Shown here piece by piece: positions 39,466-50,044 of a DNA stretch of 64,000 nt. The stretch is taken from contig CAZVMH010000002.1 in NCBI GenBank assembly GCA_964628585.1, positions 97,751-161,750 of the forward strand, written 5' to 3'. The stretch's first letter is position 1. Each line of letters opens with the position of its first letter. Under the pieces are notes generated by a model. It did not search any database. It was not told where the DNA came from and was given only the letters and a program-made list of their open reading frames with translations. Made by a program: the position numbers and the translations under genes. The DNA comes from an uncultured Candidatus Saccharibacteria bacterium. Lineage in GTDB: Bacteria > Patescibacteriota > UBA1384 > XYA2-FULL-43-10 > 1-14-0-10-43-13.

Positions 39466-41325
39466 TTATAACTTAATAAAGCGGAGGGGGTCGCCGGAAC
39501 TTATTTTCTTACAATCTTTTTTATGAATTTTTATAATGTGTGATCGTGTAACATACCCAACTACGGCGTCTTTCTCTTTTGGCTTACAACAACCGGCATA
39601 TGAATGACGGATTCCCTTGAGAGAAGCAATCAATTTTTTACTTTCACCAACAGTCTTTTCTTTCTTATTCTCTTTGATCGTAAAACCAGGATAAAGAGCT
39701 TTTATCAGGCGAATTTTGCTTAAATGCCTTTCCCCGATGGCGGATAGTGCAGAATCGAAGTCATTATATGAAATCTTTGAATTTTGGAGCATTATTTCAA
39801 TTTGTTTTGGGTCGAGTGTTTTTAATCTATGCTTCTGTAATGCTTCTTCAAAAATTGTCTTACCAATTTCTCTGTACTTTTCGATATGTTGTTCGCGAAT
39901 GAAGTGATTAATTTTAGCTCTGGCTCCAGAGGTTTTTACCATTTTGAGCCAGTCTTTTGAGGGTTGACTAGTTTTTGACGTAATAATTTGGACTATGTCT
40001 CCAGACTGAAGAACTGTTTTCAATGGCTCCAATCTTCCGTTTATTTTTACTCCTTTGCAGTGGTTTCCTATATCGGTGTGAATACGATATCCTAAGTCAA
40101 TTGCAGTTGATCCAGACGGCAAGTCTATGATTCGTCCTTTTGGAGTAAAGATAAAAACTTTTTTAGAAAATAATTCTTCTTTAATCGTTTTTATCAATTC
40201 TTTTCCACTTTCGATCTGTTCAATTTTTCTTAATTCTTCAAGCCATTCGTTTTTATTTTTATCGTCATGTCCCTCTTTATATTGCCAGTGAGCGCATGTC
40301 CCATGTTCTGCAATCTGATGCATTTCGTTGGTACGAATTTGAATTTCAAAAACATTTCCATCTGAATCTTTTACTGTAGTATGAATTGATTGATATCCAG
40401 AGGGTTTTGGTCTGGCTATAAAATCAAAAATTCTGCCAGGGAGTGGTTTATACAGAGAGTGAATTATACCCAAAGTTTTGTAACAGTCTTCTAAGGAATC
40501 AACAATAACCCTGAGTGCTACAATATCAAAAATGGTAGAGAGATCCCTAGTTTTCATTTTTAGAAAAAGACTATATAAATGCTTTGATCTTCCAGAAACG
40601 GAAACAGACTTTATTGAAGAACGATCAAGACTTTCTTTAACTTTTGGTATAACTGAATTAATTACCGCTTTCGGATCTTTATAAGCTCTTTTTGCGGACT
40701 TAAGAAATTTTCGATATTCTTTAGGGTAAGCATAAGGGAAAGAAAGATCTTCGAGCATTCCTTTGAGCTCGCCCATACCAAGTCTTTCGGCAATTGGAGC
40801 ATAAATTTCAATTGTTTCTCTGGCATAAAACTCTAGTTTGGAGGGATGAAGATACTTTATCGTTTCAATATTGTGCAACCTATCGTATAATTTTATAACA
40901 ATTACTCGAATGTCTGAAGTAGCCGCCAATAAAAGTTTGCGATAATTATCAACTTGGGCTAAAAAAAGATCATCGTTTGAAAAAAACTCTGGTTTATTAT
41001 TTATTTTTATTGAAGAAATTTTTGTAATACCATCAACAATTTTGGCGACATCTTTATTAAAAACTGTTTCAATTTCTTTCCTTGTTGTATTGGTATCTTC
41101 AATCGTATCGTGGAGAAGAGCTGCGATAATTGAAGTTGAGTCAGAACCATCTTTTGCTAGGTATGAGGCAACAGAAACAGGATGGATAATATATTTCTGA
41201 CCAGATTTTCTTTTTTGACCCTCGTGTTTGCTCTTAGAGAAAAGATAAGCTTCTAAAATTAATTTTTTTTCCTGTTCAGAAAAAGAATCAAGATGTTTTT
41301 TTATTTTTAAAGGCAACGTGGCCAT
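39466..41325 (-). CDS. rel: RelA/SpoT (p)ppGpp synthetase/hydrolase (HD-SYNTH-TGS, apparently no ACT domain)
   Basis: HEGQKRKSG..YIIHP, LLHDTIED, DRLHN, YQSIHT, EIQIRT, FTPKG (TGS); ends shortly after the CC motif. Confidence 0.92.
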   Translation of the reverse strand: MATLPLKIKKHLDSFSEQEKKLILEAYLFSKSKHEGQKRKSGQKYIIHPVSVASYLAKDGSDSTSIIAALLHDTIEDTNTTRKEIETVFNKDVAKIVDGITKISSIKINNKPEFFSNDDLFLAQVDNYRKLLLAATSDIRVIVIKLYDRLHNIETIKYLHPSKLEFYARETIEIYAPIAERLGMGELKGMLEDLSFPYAYPKEYRKFLKSAKRAYKDPKAVINSVIPKVKESLDRSSIKSVSVSGRSKHLYSLFLKMKTRDLSTIFDIVALRVIVDSLEDCYKTLGIIHSLYKPLPGRIFDFIARPKPSGYQSIHTTVKDSDGNVFEIQIRTNEMHQIAEHGTCAHWQYKEGHDDKNKNEWLEELRKIEQIESGKELIKTIKEELFSKKVFIFTPKGRIIDLPSGSTAIDLGYRIHTDIGNHCKGVKINGRLEPLKTVLQSGDIVQIITSKTSQPSKDWLKMVKTSGARAKINHFIREQHIEKYREIGKTIFEEALQKHRLKTLDPKQIEIMLQNSKISYNDFDSALSAIGERHLSKIRLIKALYPGFTIKENKKEKTVGESKKLIASLKGIRHSYAGCCKPKEKDAVVGYVTRSHIIKIHKKDCKKISSGDPLRFIKL

Positions 41326-41330
41326 AATTA

Positions 41331-43847
41331 TTATTTTTTTATTCTTGTTTTTTTGACGACTATTTTGTCGTTTTTTAGGTCAACCAAAATTTGGTCACTT
41401 TTTACAATTTCTTCGGTTAAAATCATCTCTGAAAGAATGGTTTCGATGTTATCAGAGATTACCTTACGAATTGGTCGGGCACCAAACAAAATATCAAATC
41501 CATTATCAGCAATCCATTTTCTAGCGGTTTTTGAAACCAACAATGTATATTTACCTTTTAGTCTTTCTATTAATTTTTTAAGCTCTAGGTCAACAATTTT
41601 TTGTATCGAGCTTTTATTCAAAGGTTTAAAAACTATTATCTTATCAATTCTATTAATAAACTCTGGCTTAAAATGTTTTTCTACCGTTTCTAAAACATTC
41701 TCCTCCATTTTTTTATAGTCAACAAAGGAATCGTTTCTATCAAAACCAATTGCGGCTTGTTTGCTCAATATATCTGTTCCTAAATTTGAGGTCATAATAA
41801 TAATAGTATTTTTAAAATCAACTTTTCTACCTTTTGTATCAGTTAGTTCTCCATCTTCCATAATTTGGAGCAGAATGTTAAATACTTCAGGGTGAGCCTT
41901 TTCAATTTCATCAAGCAATATCACAGCGTATGGGTTTTTTCTAACAATTTCAGTTAATTTTCCCCCTTCTTCATAACCAACATAACCGGCCGGTGCGCCG
42001 ATTAAACGAGAAACATTGTGGCGTTCCATAAACTCCGACATATCAATTTTAATCAGAGAATTTGTACTTCCCAATATCTCTTTAGCTAAAACTTTGGCCA
42101 ATTCAGTTTTACCTACTCCTGTAGGACCCAAGAAGATAAAAGCACCCATTGGACGATTTGGATTGGCAAGCCCAACTCTGGCTCTTTTAATTGCTTTAGA
42201 GATTTCCTCAACCGCTTCGTCCTGTCCGATAATCTGTTTTCGAATTCGATTTTCAAGTCCCAAAAAACGTTTTTTTTCAGAGAGATCCATATTGGAAACT
42301 GGAATACCGGTCCACTTAGAAACCAAACTTGCGATATCCGAATCTGTAATCGTTGTTTTTTGGTGTGACTTATTTAATGCGTTTATACCTTTAATTTTAT
42401 TTTCTAAGATAATTTCACGATTTCGCAAAAGAGTTGCTTCTTTATAGTCCTCGTTCATTATAAGGTCCTCTTTTCGATGTAATATTTCTCTTAATTCTTT
42501 TCGCAAAGTAGCTAGCTTAATCGCATCTTTAGAGATAAACGAGCCAGCAGCAGCTGCTGCTTCGTCAATTAAGTCAATAGCTTTGTCAGGCAAAAATCTA
42601 TCATTAATATAACGTTTAGACAGAATTGCGGCAGCCAAAATTGCTTCATCTGAGTATTTAATATTATGATGTTTCTCATAGCGATCTTTAATTCCAAAAA
42701 GAATTTTTTCCGTTTCTTCCACAGACGGTTCATTGACCCGAATTGGCTGAAATCTGCGTTCAAAAGCAGGATCTTTCTCAATATATTTTTTATATTCATC
42801 ATGTGTTGTAGCACCAATTAATCTCAACTCTCCTTTAGCAAGCATTGGTTTCAATAAATTGGCGGCGTCAACAGAGCCCTCAGTTGCTCCTGCTCCAACA
42901 ACAGTGTGAATTTCATCAATAAAAAGTATGATGTTGCCTTTTTGCTTAATTTCGGCAATTATTTTTTTAACTCGGCTTTCAAATTGTCCTCTATACATTG
43001 TTCCAGCAATTAAGGAACCCATGTCCAGAAGTAAAAGTTCTTTACCTATAAGTTTAGTTGGAACTCTACCTGCTACGATTCTTCTGGCTAAACCTTCAAC
43101 GATTGCTGATTTGCCAACACCAGGTTCACCAACTAAAATCGGATTATTTTTAGTTCTACGTGAAAGAATTTGAATTAAACGAAGTGTTTCGTCTTCTCTG
43201 CCAATAACCTCGTCTAATTCATTCTTTTCAGCCAATCGATTCATATTGGTTGTAAAGGTAGTTAAAAGAGATTCTTTTTTTGCTTTTGTCCCGAATTGGG
43301 TACCAGACATTGATCCCATCATGCCTAAGGAATCTGGTTCTGGCATTTCGTCGGAAAATTGATTTGAGAAAGGTTCTCCCCCACCTTTATTCTTTTCTAA
43401 GTTTTCTTTAATTGTGCCAAAAACGTATTCAATTTGTGCCGAAATATCTTCAGGCTTAGCATTTAGGGCTATCAATATTTTGTAAGCTTTAAATTTATTA
43501 TTTTTTACTAAGGCCAGAAGCAAGTGTTCACAATCAATAACATAATGACCGTTGGCAGAGGCTATAGAAACAGCGGATTGAATTGCCTCTTTCACTTCCA
43601 AAGAAACATTCTCTGCAACTGACGGAGAAAGCTCTGACTTTATTGAATCAAAATTTAGTCTGATCTTTTCTGGGGTAACTTTAAAACTTAGCAGGATTTC
43701 ATAAGCTAAAGTTCCCTTGGTCATACAAAGGGCTAAAAGCAGATGCTCTGTTTTAGTCTTAGAACTATATTCTCCTGCAATTTTCTCCGATAAAACGAGT
43801 ACATTTTTGAGATTTTGACTAAATTTTTTAAACAATTCTTGATTCAT
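41331..43847 (-). CDS. clpC: ATP-dependent Clp protease ATP-binding subunit ClpC
   Basis: Clp-N repeats, [19 protein letters not shown]-like M domain, [11 protein letters not shown] loop. Confidence 0.93.
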   Translation of the reverse strand: MNQELFKKFSQNLKNVLVLSEKIAGEYSSKTKTEHLLLALCMTKGTLAYEILLSFKVTPEKIRLNFDSIKSELSPSVAENVSLEVKEAIQSAVSIASANGHYVIDCEHLLLALVKNNKFKAYKILIALNAKPEDISAQIEYVFGTIKENLEKNKGGGEPFSNQFSDEMPEPDSLGMMGSMSGTQFGTKAKKESLLTTFTTNMNRLAEKNELDEVIGREDETLRLIQILSRRTKNNPILVGEPGVGKSAIVEGLARRIVAGRVPTKLIGKELLLLDMGSLIAGTMYRGQFESRVKKIIAEIKQKGNIILFIDEIHTVVGAGATEGSVDAANLLKPMLAKGELRLIGATTHDEYKKYIEKDPAFERRFQPIRVNEPSVEETEKILFGIKDRYEKHHNIKYSDEAILAAAILSKRYINDRFLPDKAIDLIDEAAAAAGSFISKDAIKLATLRKELREILHRKEDLIMNEDYKEATLLRNREIILENKIKGINALNKSHQKTTITDSDIASLVSKWTGIPVSNMDLSEKKRFLGLENRIRKQIIGQDEAVEEISKAIKRARVGLANPNRPMGAFIFLGPTGVGKTELAKVLAKEILGSTNSLIKIDMSEFMERHNVSRLIGAPAGYVGYEEGGKLTEIVRKNPYAVILLDEIEKAHPEVFNILLQIMEDGELTDTKGRKVDFKNTIIIMTSNLGTDILSKQAAIGFDRNDSFVDYKKMEENVLETVEKHFKPEFINRIDKIIVFKPLNKSSIQKIVDLELKKLIERLKGKYTLLVSKTARKWIADNGFDILFGARPIRKVISDNIETILSEMILTEEIVKSDQILVDLKNDKIVVKKTRIKK

Positions 43848-44002
43848 TTGCTAGTTTGTGGTTAGAAGTTATTAGCTTATAGAAAGAGCTGTGTGTAGAA
43901 ACAATTATACACTTATATGTCAAGGGTCTCAAGGGGTGAGTACATCAAAAATATCTAAAGTGTTGGAATTATTTACAAATCAGAAATTTATGATTAGAAT
44001 AT

Positions 44003-45136
44003 TTATTTTGATTTTTTTGAAGCTTTTTTCTTAGTTTTTGGTTTCTCTTCGCCCTCTTCTGCTTCATCCTCATCGTCTTTAGCATTGTCTTCATCTAGCA
44101 TTACATCTATTCCCCACCCGGTTAGCTTTGAAGCGAGACGAACATTTTGGCCACCCTTGCCAATTGCCAAAGAAAGACTGTCCTCTGCTACATAGACAAT
44201 CGCTTTGTTTTCTTTAGAATTTATAACAATTTTTCGAGTTTTTGCTGGTGAAAGTGCGTTCATAATAAATTGCTCTACATCTTCATCCCAAAGAACAATA
44301 TCGATTTTTTCATCTCCAATTTCACCCAAAACTGCCTGCACGCGAGTACCGCGCTGACCTACGCATGAACCAACTGGGTCAATATTATCTTCAGTTGCAA
44401 TAACGGCAATTTTTGTTCTAGAACCAGCTTCTCGAGTTATACTTTTAATTTCAACAGAACCAGTCTGAATTTCTGGAACTTCAAGTTCAAACAATCCTCG
44501 AATTAATTCTTTGTCGCTTCTTGAGACCAAAATTTGTGGGCCACGAACTGTTTCGGCCACCTCTTTAACATAGACTTTCAGTCTTTGACCAATATAATAT
44601 CTTTCTTCACGAATCTGATCGGCTGGATACATAATTCCATTAGCTTTTCCAAGAGCCACAACCACATTTCTACCTTCAAGCTGTTGAACTGTTGCATTAA
44701 CAACATGCTCTTCTTTGTCTTTGAATTCTTTGTAAAGCATTTCTCGTTCTGCTTCACGAATTCGTTGAATAATCACTTGTTTTGCGGTTTGGGCAGCGAT
44801 ACGACCAAAATCGGAGTGTTTTTCAAGTGGAATAAGAATTTCATCTCCTACTTTAGCTTTCTTATCAAATTTTGAGGCTTGATCAAGAGTTAGTTCCTGT
44901 TCAGACTCTTTAACTTCCTCTTCTGACTCGACTACAACATATGACCGAAACATGTCGGCTTCGCCGGTTTCAGGATGAAGTTTAGCCTTCAGAGTTTGTT
45001 TTGGTTTGCCATAATCTTTTCTGTATGCGGCAGCTAGTGCTGCTTCTACAGTTTCTAAAATAACATCTTTATCGAGTCCTTTTTCTTCACAAAGTTCCTC
45101 TATTGCAGACATAAATGGGTTTCTAGTTGTTGCCAT
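44003..45136 (-). CDS. nusA: Transcription termination/antitermination factor NusA
   Basis: FGRIAAQTAKQVI, S1 and KH domains, AIGKGGQNVRLA. Confidence 0.98.
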   Translation of the reverse strand: MATTRNPFMSAIEELCEEKGLDKDVILETVEAALAAAYRKDYGKPKQTLKAKLHPETGEADMFRSYVVVESEEEVKESEQELTLDQASKFDKKAKVGDEILIPLEKHSDFGRIAAQTAKQVIIQRIREAEREMLYKEFKDKEEHVVNATVQQLEGRNVVVALGKANGIMYPADQIREERYYIGQRLKVYVKEVAETVRGPQILVSRSDKELIRGLFELEVPEIQTGSVEIKSITREAGSRTKIAVIATEDNIDPVGSCVGQRGTRVQAVLGEIGDEKIDIVLWDEDVEQFIMNALSPAKTRKIVINSKENKAIVYVAEDSLSLAIGKGGQNVRLASKLTGWGIDVMLDEDNAKDDEDEAEEGEEKPKTKKKASKKSK

Positions 45137-45263
45137 ATTCTCCTTTGGTTAATTCTACTTTAATTATAACATGATTTTTAAGATATCGATTGAACAAAAT
45201 TTAGTCACTGGCCTTTTTTAAAAAAAAGGCCAACCTCCATTAAAGGTTACCTTATCTTTTTAG

Positions 45264-45292
45264 ATTGTATATTATCTTTGTTATTTTGTCAA
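45264..45292 (-). promoter_or_regulatory. Distal nusA promoter followed by a hairpin-containing leader
   Basis: TTGACA-17-TACAAT; leader hairpin TGGCCTTTTTT/AAAAAAGGCCA at about 45209-45232. Confidence 0.6.
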
Positions 45293-45331
45293 CGCCGTTT
45301 ATTCTGTCTTTATTAAAGACCTATACGAGAA

Positions 45332-45359
45332 GTGGCACGCCCCAACTGGGACGTGCCAC
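45332..45359 (-). terminator. GC-rich hairpin after the PEP-CTERM gene
   Basis: GTGGCACGTCCC-AGTT-GGGGCGTGCCAC followed by TTCT. Confidence 0.65.
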
Positions 45360-45363
45360 GGCG

Positions 45364-45888
45364 CTATTTGCGCTTGCGAAGAATGGTTGCGGCACCGGTG
45401 ACTGCAAGAACGAAGAAGCTTGAGGGCTCGGGTACCGGTTCGCAGCTTACATCGAATCGGTAGTTCCCGCCAGGCAGGCATATCCATTCGATTGTGCCTG
45501 CCGCAGGGAAGGGCACCTCTGTAATGCTTCCCTGGGGGTCGATGAAGGTGGCACTTAGAGTGTAGCCTTCCTGGCCACTCCACCACATCTGCAAGTTGCA
45601 TTCGGAATCGCATCCGACCAGCTGACCAGTCCAGGTAGACAGGATGCTTTGGTGCCAATCAGCCCAGAGCAATCTCCCGTCCAAACCCTCTAAGACAATG
45701 TCCGCACCATTTTCCGACAGAGTCCCGATTACATCATGTTCGTCGGGTCCGTCTGAAGCGTAACTGGCCACATATCCAGCTACGCCTCGATTTTCCGCGA
45801 AAGCGGGCAACATCATTCCAAACTCGAGCGTGTTTGCACAAGTCGAACTGACAATGCCGAGAAGCAATACGACTGTAAGAAGAAACAT
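45364..45888 (-). CDS. Secreted PEP-CTERM sorting-domain protein; GC-rich
   Basis: Signal peptide MFLLTVVLLLGIVSSTCA; C-terminus EPVPEPSSFFVLAVTGAATILRKRK (VPEP, TM, basic tail). AAGGAG before ATG 45888; promoter TTGACT-17-TATATT at 45928-45956. Confidence 0.85.
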   Translation of the reverse strand: MFLLTVVLLLGIVSSTCANTLEFGMMLPAFAENRGVAGYVASYASDGPDEHDVIGTLSENGADIVLEGLDGRLLWADWHQSILSTWTGQLVGCDSECNLQMWWSGQEGYTLSATFIDPQGSITEVPFPAAGTIEWICLPGGNYRFDVSCEPVPEPSSFFVLAVTGAATILRKRK

Positions 45889-46019
45889 TTTCAACTCCTT
45901 CACCTGCTTTCTATGAAGATAGCATATAATATAGCACAAAAATGCAAAAAAGTCAATATCAATTTGCTAAAACCTCATGATAAATATTATAATGTAATCA
46001 TTAATCATCTAGGAGGAAT

Positions 46020-48383
46020 ATGAAAAGAATTTTATATTTACTGTTTTTTTTCTTTTGTTTTTACATAATCCAACTAGCTGTTTTAACACATTCTGACTTG
46101 AATAGCCACAGAAGAGCAAAAGCAAACGAAGCAATAGAAAATGACAATAGCGTAATTGTAAAAATTCCTCCAACAATAAATTCAAAAGAATTCTCAGAGT
46201 ATCTTTCTGGCAATGTAGCCAAAGATAGATACATTGAAATTTCAAACATAATGGAGATGCCTCACTATGAGGCCATTAGCAAATTGCCATTGATTGAGGG
46301 AGCTCTACAATTTAAATACTTTGATTCCACCCTTTTAGAAATACTTCCTGCAAAACAAACAAAAACTAGCAGTGTTTTCGGTGCTGATCCAGCTAACGAA
46401 ATTACTTTTATTATTCCTACGGAAAATGACACGAACTGTCAGCATTCGTCTATTGCATATATGGACTGCTATCCTTGGACGCAAGCGCAAGCCGATATTT
46501 TAGAAAATTCAATTATACAAGCTAAGCCGATTATATTGGAAAAGTTTGGTCCTCCTAGCGCCAACGGATCATATATAATTAAACACGTACCAAGATCTCA
46601 ATATGCCGGTCAAACTGTTACCGGGATTATCTATATTACTGACCCTGCACTTCCAGATTATGAAAGTACAAATTTAGCTCTTCCTGTTTTTTGGCATGAA
46701 TGGGGTCATGCTCATGTCTTGCCATACGCTTATTTTAACCCAGAATGGAACGAATCTTTATCAGCACAAACTTTTTCTCATTTTATATCTTGGGGCATCA
46801 ATTATTCTGGAAATCCAGGTAGCCAACCAATTAATGTTGCGAATTATGAACAATATAATAAATCGTTTTTTGATGCAAAGGCTATAAGTGACTCAGATAA
46901 CAATGCAATGTACCGGTCGACTCCAACTCTTTGGATTAAACTTGAAAAGGAACATCCGGGCACAATTAAAGAACTTTATTCTCGTTCATATGACTCAAGA
47001 TCGAATGGCTTGCCTTTTCAAAACAATGAAGCAATCACGGCTTTAAATGACATAATAGGTCAAAACGAAAACAGTAGAGTCGAAGGGCAACCATTTCTTG
47101 AATGGTTTGCAAAACAATACTCAATTGCTCAAGCCACAGGCAAATATAAATTTGGTGGAAGATTAATTCAAGAGGGAGAGGGTTCTATAGCAACGGCCTC
47201 TTTGTTTGTTAATTATGTTCGATCAAATAATATGCGGCTCGATGTAAGATCTACCAGCGATTCTGGTTATTCTGGAAGCTTTACCTATGAATTATTTCGT
47301 GGCGATGGTACAATGTTCGCTTCTGATCTGTGTCGACCAGGAGATTGCGGAACTGATAGCACTGGAAGATCAAAGATTGATTTAACGCAGATAATAAAAC
47401 AAAATTGGACAACAACACCAATTAGCCAACTCCCAGAAAGCAAAATATGTGCCAGAATACAACTTTATGGCGTTTCCGAAAATTTTCTTACTCCAAATGT
47501 GTCTTGTTATTATTTTCGTGGCGAAAGAACAGACATTACAAATATGGGAATTATTGGAACTGTAGGGCCTGAGAATGAAAATATCTCTGGGCTCGTTACT
47601 ATTTCCCCATTAGGCACACAGTCTGGCATAGAACAATCTGTGACTGTTTCATTAGGGAAGTTTGCAACATCTGGACAAAATAATAGTTATTACAACGAGG
47701 GTGGTCCTTATAGGATTGATTTTTATGACCAAAATGGTTCAATTGTTTCTTCAAAAACAATAACAAAAGATGATAAAGATTATTATTTTACACATCTTGA
47801 CTTAGATGTAGAACCTCCACTTCTTAATAATTTAAACTCATCTGTTTTAGTGAACGGATCTTCAACTTTTAATTTATCAAGCAAAAAACCGGCTGGAATA
47901 ACGTATTACGTTAAAAAAAATAACGGCTACGTTCTCTCAACTAAGACATACGAATTGAATTCATTGTATACTCCTGTTATCAATTCTTTGGTTAGCGGAG
48001 ATAGCTATAACCTGTACATAGAAAATGGGAAAGGAACAGGAGCAATTTTTTCAGAAGACTGGCAATTATTTGGGCAAACAATTCAGGCATATATTACTAA
48101 ATGGGTTGCAAATCAAAAAAATCATGAAATTGAATATAAGATGAGGATAGTAAATTTATCTAGTAGCCCCATCACAGATATCAATGTTCAAGATCCGATT
48201 ATTATTCCTTCTCAATATGTTCCATCTTCGGGTCAATTAAATGGTCTGAGCGTAACCGATTTAGCAGACGACGGCGACGGCTATGCTGTTGTTGACAATA
48301 AACCCACATGGCAATTATTAACATTGCCTGATAATTCTGCACCAGAAAATTTTGCCATACTAGGGCTTAAAGCAGCATATTAG
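46020..48383 (+). CDS. Large secreted/surface protein with HExxH zincin motif and C-terminal Ig-like (DUF11-like) domain
   Basis: N-terminal hydrophobic segment; FWHEWGHAH..WNES; C-terminal IEYKMRIVN.S...ITDINVQDPI...YVPSS; AGGAGG SD. Confidence 0.7.
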   Translation: MKRILYLLFFFFCFYIIQLAVLTHSDLNSHRRAKANEAIENDNSVIVKIPPTINSKEFSEYLSGNVAKDRYIEISNIMEMPHYEAISKLPLIEGALQFKYFDSTLLEILPAKQTKTSSVFGADPANEITFIIPTENDTNCQHSSIAYMDCYPWTQAQADILENSIIQAKPIILEKFGPPSANGSYIIKHVPRSQYAGQTVTGIIYITDPALPDYESTNLALPVFWHEWGHAHVLPYAYFNPEWNESLSAQTFSHFISWGINYSGNPGSQPINVANYEQYNKSFFDAKAISDSDNNAMYRSTPTLWIKLEKEHPGTIKELYSRSYDSRSNGLPFQNNEAITALNDIIGQNENSRVEGQPFLEWFAKQYSIAQATGKYKFGGRLIQEGEGSIATASLFVNYVRSNNMRLDVRSTSDSGYSGSFTYELFRGDGTMFASDLCRPGDCGTDSTGRSKIDLTQIIKQNWTTTPISQLPESKICARIQLYGVSENFLTPNVSCYYFRGERTDITNMGIIGTVGPENENISGLVTISPLGTQSGIEQSVTVSLGKFATSGQNNSYYNEGGPYRIDFYDQNGSIVSSKTITKDDKDYYFTHLDLDVEPPLLNNLNSSVLVNGSSTFNLSSKKPAGITYYVKKNNGYVLSTKTYELNSLYTPVINSLVSGDSYNLYIENGKGTGAIFSEDWQLFGQTIQAYITKWVANQKNHEIEYKMRIVNLSSSPITDINVQDPIIIPSQYVPSSGQLNGLSVTDLADDGDGYAVVDNKPTWQLLTLPDNSAPENFAILGLKAAY

Positions 48384-48442
48384 ATTAAATATTAGTTTAG
48401 AGATTTCTCCTTATTTGAGTTAAGTGTATTAACCCCGTTTTT

Positions 48443-48811
48443 CTATTTAATACAAAACAATTTGTAAATATTTTTAAAATATATTATTAGCATTATGGTT
48501 AAGACAAAATAAACCAAATGATTAAAACTATAAGCATCGGAAAAATTGCCATGAAGAAGGGCGGAAAATGCGTGTGTTAGTCCACAACTTGGGATATGAC
48601 AGTCGGCAAAAATTCCAGCAGAGGGGCAATTATTATTAAATACTATTGGTAAAATGAAGCGATGCCAAATACAAAGGTCAGGAGCTGTATCCCAAAAAGC
48701 TGTTGGGACAATCCCAATGATTATGAAAATCATACTGAAATTTGCCACAACAGCTCTTGGTGAGCCAAAGCTCAAAAATTCTTTTAAAATTTGACCAATA
48801 TTTTTATGCAA
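48443..48811 (-). CDS. DUF2752-like membrane protein
   Basis: C....P.CGLTHAFSALLHGNF.DAY.FN motif; adjacent to a TM2 gene, the usual pairing. Confidence 0.8.
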   Translation of the reverse strand: MHKNIGQILKEFLSFGSPRAVVANFSMIFIIIGIVPTAFWDTAPDLCIWHRFILPIVFNNNCPSAGIFADCHIPSCGLTHAFSALLHGNFSDAYSFNHLVYFVLTIMLIIYFKNIYKLFCIK

Positions 48812-48820
48812 ACAAATTAA

Positions 48821-49147
48821 CTACTCTACCCACTCTATACCAGGAAAATCTTTTTTCATTGCAATCAAAATAACATCAATTAGCCACCAAATACCGCAAC
48901 CACCACCAGTGATAAGCTTTAAAATTCCCAATCCTATTTGTCCCATCATAAATCTATCTACTCCAAGCGTACCAAATAAAATTGACAATATTAATGTTAC
49001 GACCCAATTTAACTGTTTCTTTCCACCTGCTGTTGCAGCACTAGCTACTGGAGCGGCAGCAGGAGCCGGAGCTTCAGCGGGTGCTTCAGTTTTTACTTCT
49101 TTTACCTCTTCTGTCTCTTTTATCTCCTTTTTCTCTTCTTCGGCCAT
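48821..49147 (-). CDS. TM2 domain protein
   Basis: LSILFGTLGVDRFMMGQIGLGILKLITGGGCGIWWLID. Confidence 0.92.
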   Translation of the reverse strand: MAEEEKKEIKETEEVKEVKTEAPAEAPAPAAAPVASAATAGGKKQLNWVVTLILSILFGTLGVDRFMMGQIGLGILKLITGGGCGIWWLIDVILIAMKKDFPGIEWVE

Positions 49148-49231
49148 TTGTCTCCTTGTTTAATAAATTTATCCAATCCAATTATATCAAAAATATTATT
49201 TCTTATTCAAATTCATGATACAATTATATGT

Positions 49232-49939
49232 ATGAAGGAATTTTTTAAGAAACATTTGTTTCAAATATTAGTTATAATTTTAGTTATTTTAACTGGTTTT
49301 TCAAATTATTTATTATATGATTATTATAAAAAAATAACCAATCTTCAAAACGAAAAAGAAGTTCTAAATCAAGAATATATAAAAACAAAACAAGATTTAG
49401 AAGCAGCAAATGAGAGCATTAAACAAAAAGATGCTCAGCTTGATGAAAAGAGCAAGGAAATAGAAAACTTAACACAATCTAAAGCAAATACAACTACTAC
49501 TGATACTATTGCACAAGCTCCTGCTACAACGACCAACCAACATACTTCATCCATATATGACAGAATTAGCGGTTCAGATGAATTTAAGAATAAAATAGTC
49601 AGTGCTCTGGATTTATTAAAAGCGCAAGACAATGAGCACTATAATATTGTATCTAGTCAAGTAGGAACAATTTACGAGTATGACAATTATGGTGGATATC
49701 AGGAGAAAAGAAATATCCACATCGGAGCAGATGCTAACCCTGCAATTACGGCCCCTATTATTGTTCACGAGGCTCAGCATGTTTACAATGTTTATGTAAA
49801 TAAGATCTATTCATACAATACTAAAGAACAAGAGTTGCCATGTTATGAGGCTGAACTGGTAGCAGCACAGAGAGTGGGTTCGCCAGCTTTTTTCATTACT
49901 TCAATTGAAAGTAGTATAAGTTATTGGCAATCGCAATAA
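49232..49939 (+). CDS. Membrane-anchored coiled-coil protein with C-terminal HExxH metallopeptidase-like domain
   Basis: TM, coiled coil, Thr linker, IVHEAQH...QELPCY.AE; start MKEFFKK 7 nt after TACAAT. Confidence 0.7.
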   Translation: MKEFFKKHLFQILVIILVILTGFSNYLLYDYYKKITNLQNEKEVLNQEYIKTKQDLEAANESIKQKDAQLDEKSKEIENLTQSKANTTTTDTIAQAPATTTNQHTSSIYDRISGSDEFKNKIVSALDLLKAQDNEHYNIVSSQVGTIYEYDNYGGYQEKRNIHIGADANPAITAPIIVHEAQHVYNVYVNKIYSYNTKEQELPCYEAELVAAQRVGSPAFFITSIESSISYWQSQ

Positions 49940-49976
49940 ATAATTTTTGATTAATTTTTTGCATCCTTAAACAACG

Positions 49977-50010
49977 AAAAGAGGCGACCCGTCAGGCGGG
50001 TCGCCTCTTT
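49977..50010. terminator. Bidirectional intrinsic terminator
   Basis: AAAAGAGGCGACCCG-TCAGG-CGGGTCGCCTCTTT between convergent genes. Confidence 0.88.
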
Positions 50011-50044
50011 GCTCTGACTTTTGGCCTCTCGGCCTTAAGTCTTG

